DNA of 64,000 bases from Octopus sinensis (Eukaryota). The stretch spans positions 31,248,001 to 31,312,000 of the forward strand of contig NC_043005.1 in assembly GCF_006345805.1 (NCBI RefSeq), read 5' to 3'. Below, in pieces: positions 63,951-64,000 of the stretch. Position 1 is the stretch's first letter. Every line of letters starts with the position of its first letter. The position numbers and the translations under genes are program-made. The notes under the pieces are model-generated. The model did not search any database, had not been told where the DNA came from, and saw only the letters and a program-made list of their open reading frames with translations.

Positions 63951-64000
63951 TTCAACTGCTTCTCTTGGCGGTAATATTTTCAGACAATCTCCTTCCTTCT

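Overview
AT-rich eukaryotic, repeat-saturated DNA with no recognisable host protein-coding gene. The SINE families and dense (TA)n/(TG)n/(ATCT)n/(AAT)n microsatellites look like an octopus genome (my recognition, not a database result). Most ORFs in the track are microsatellite artefacts. The real coding remnants are decayed retroelements: at least eight Penelope-like (PLE) RT or GIY-YIG fragments, a near full-length HERO-type RLE LINE with a second 3' copy in head-to-tail tandem, R4/Dong-like, RTE and Tx1-like fragments, plus mariner/TIR MITEs and Helitron-like ends. The most interesting layer is RNA structure. I find about nine minimal type I hammerhead-ribozyme motifs of the PLE kind. I also find five to six motifs, from at least three unrelated repeat families including the HERO 3'UTR, in which the three hammerhead strands occur in a non-circularly permuted order (III'-UH-I ... 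II'-GAAA-III ... I'-CUGAUGA-II) with near-identical spacing. All ribozyme calls are by-eye pairing, with no folding software or assay. Element boundaries are approximate.
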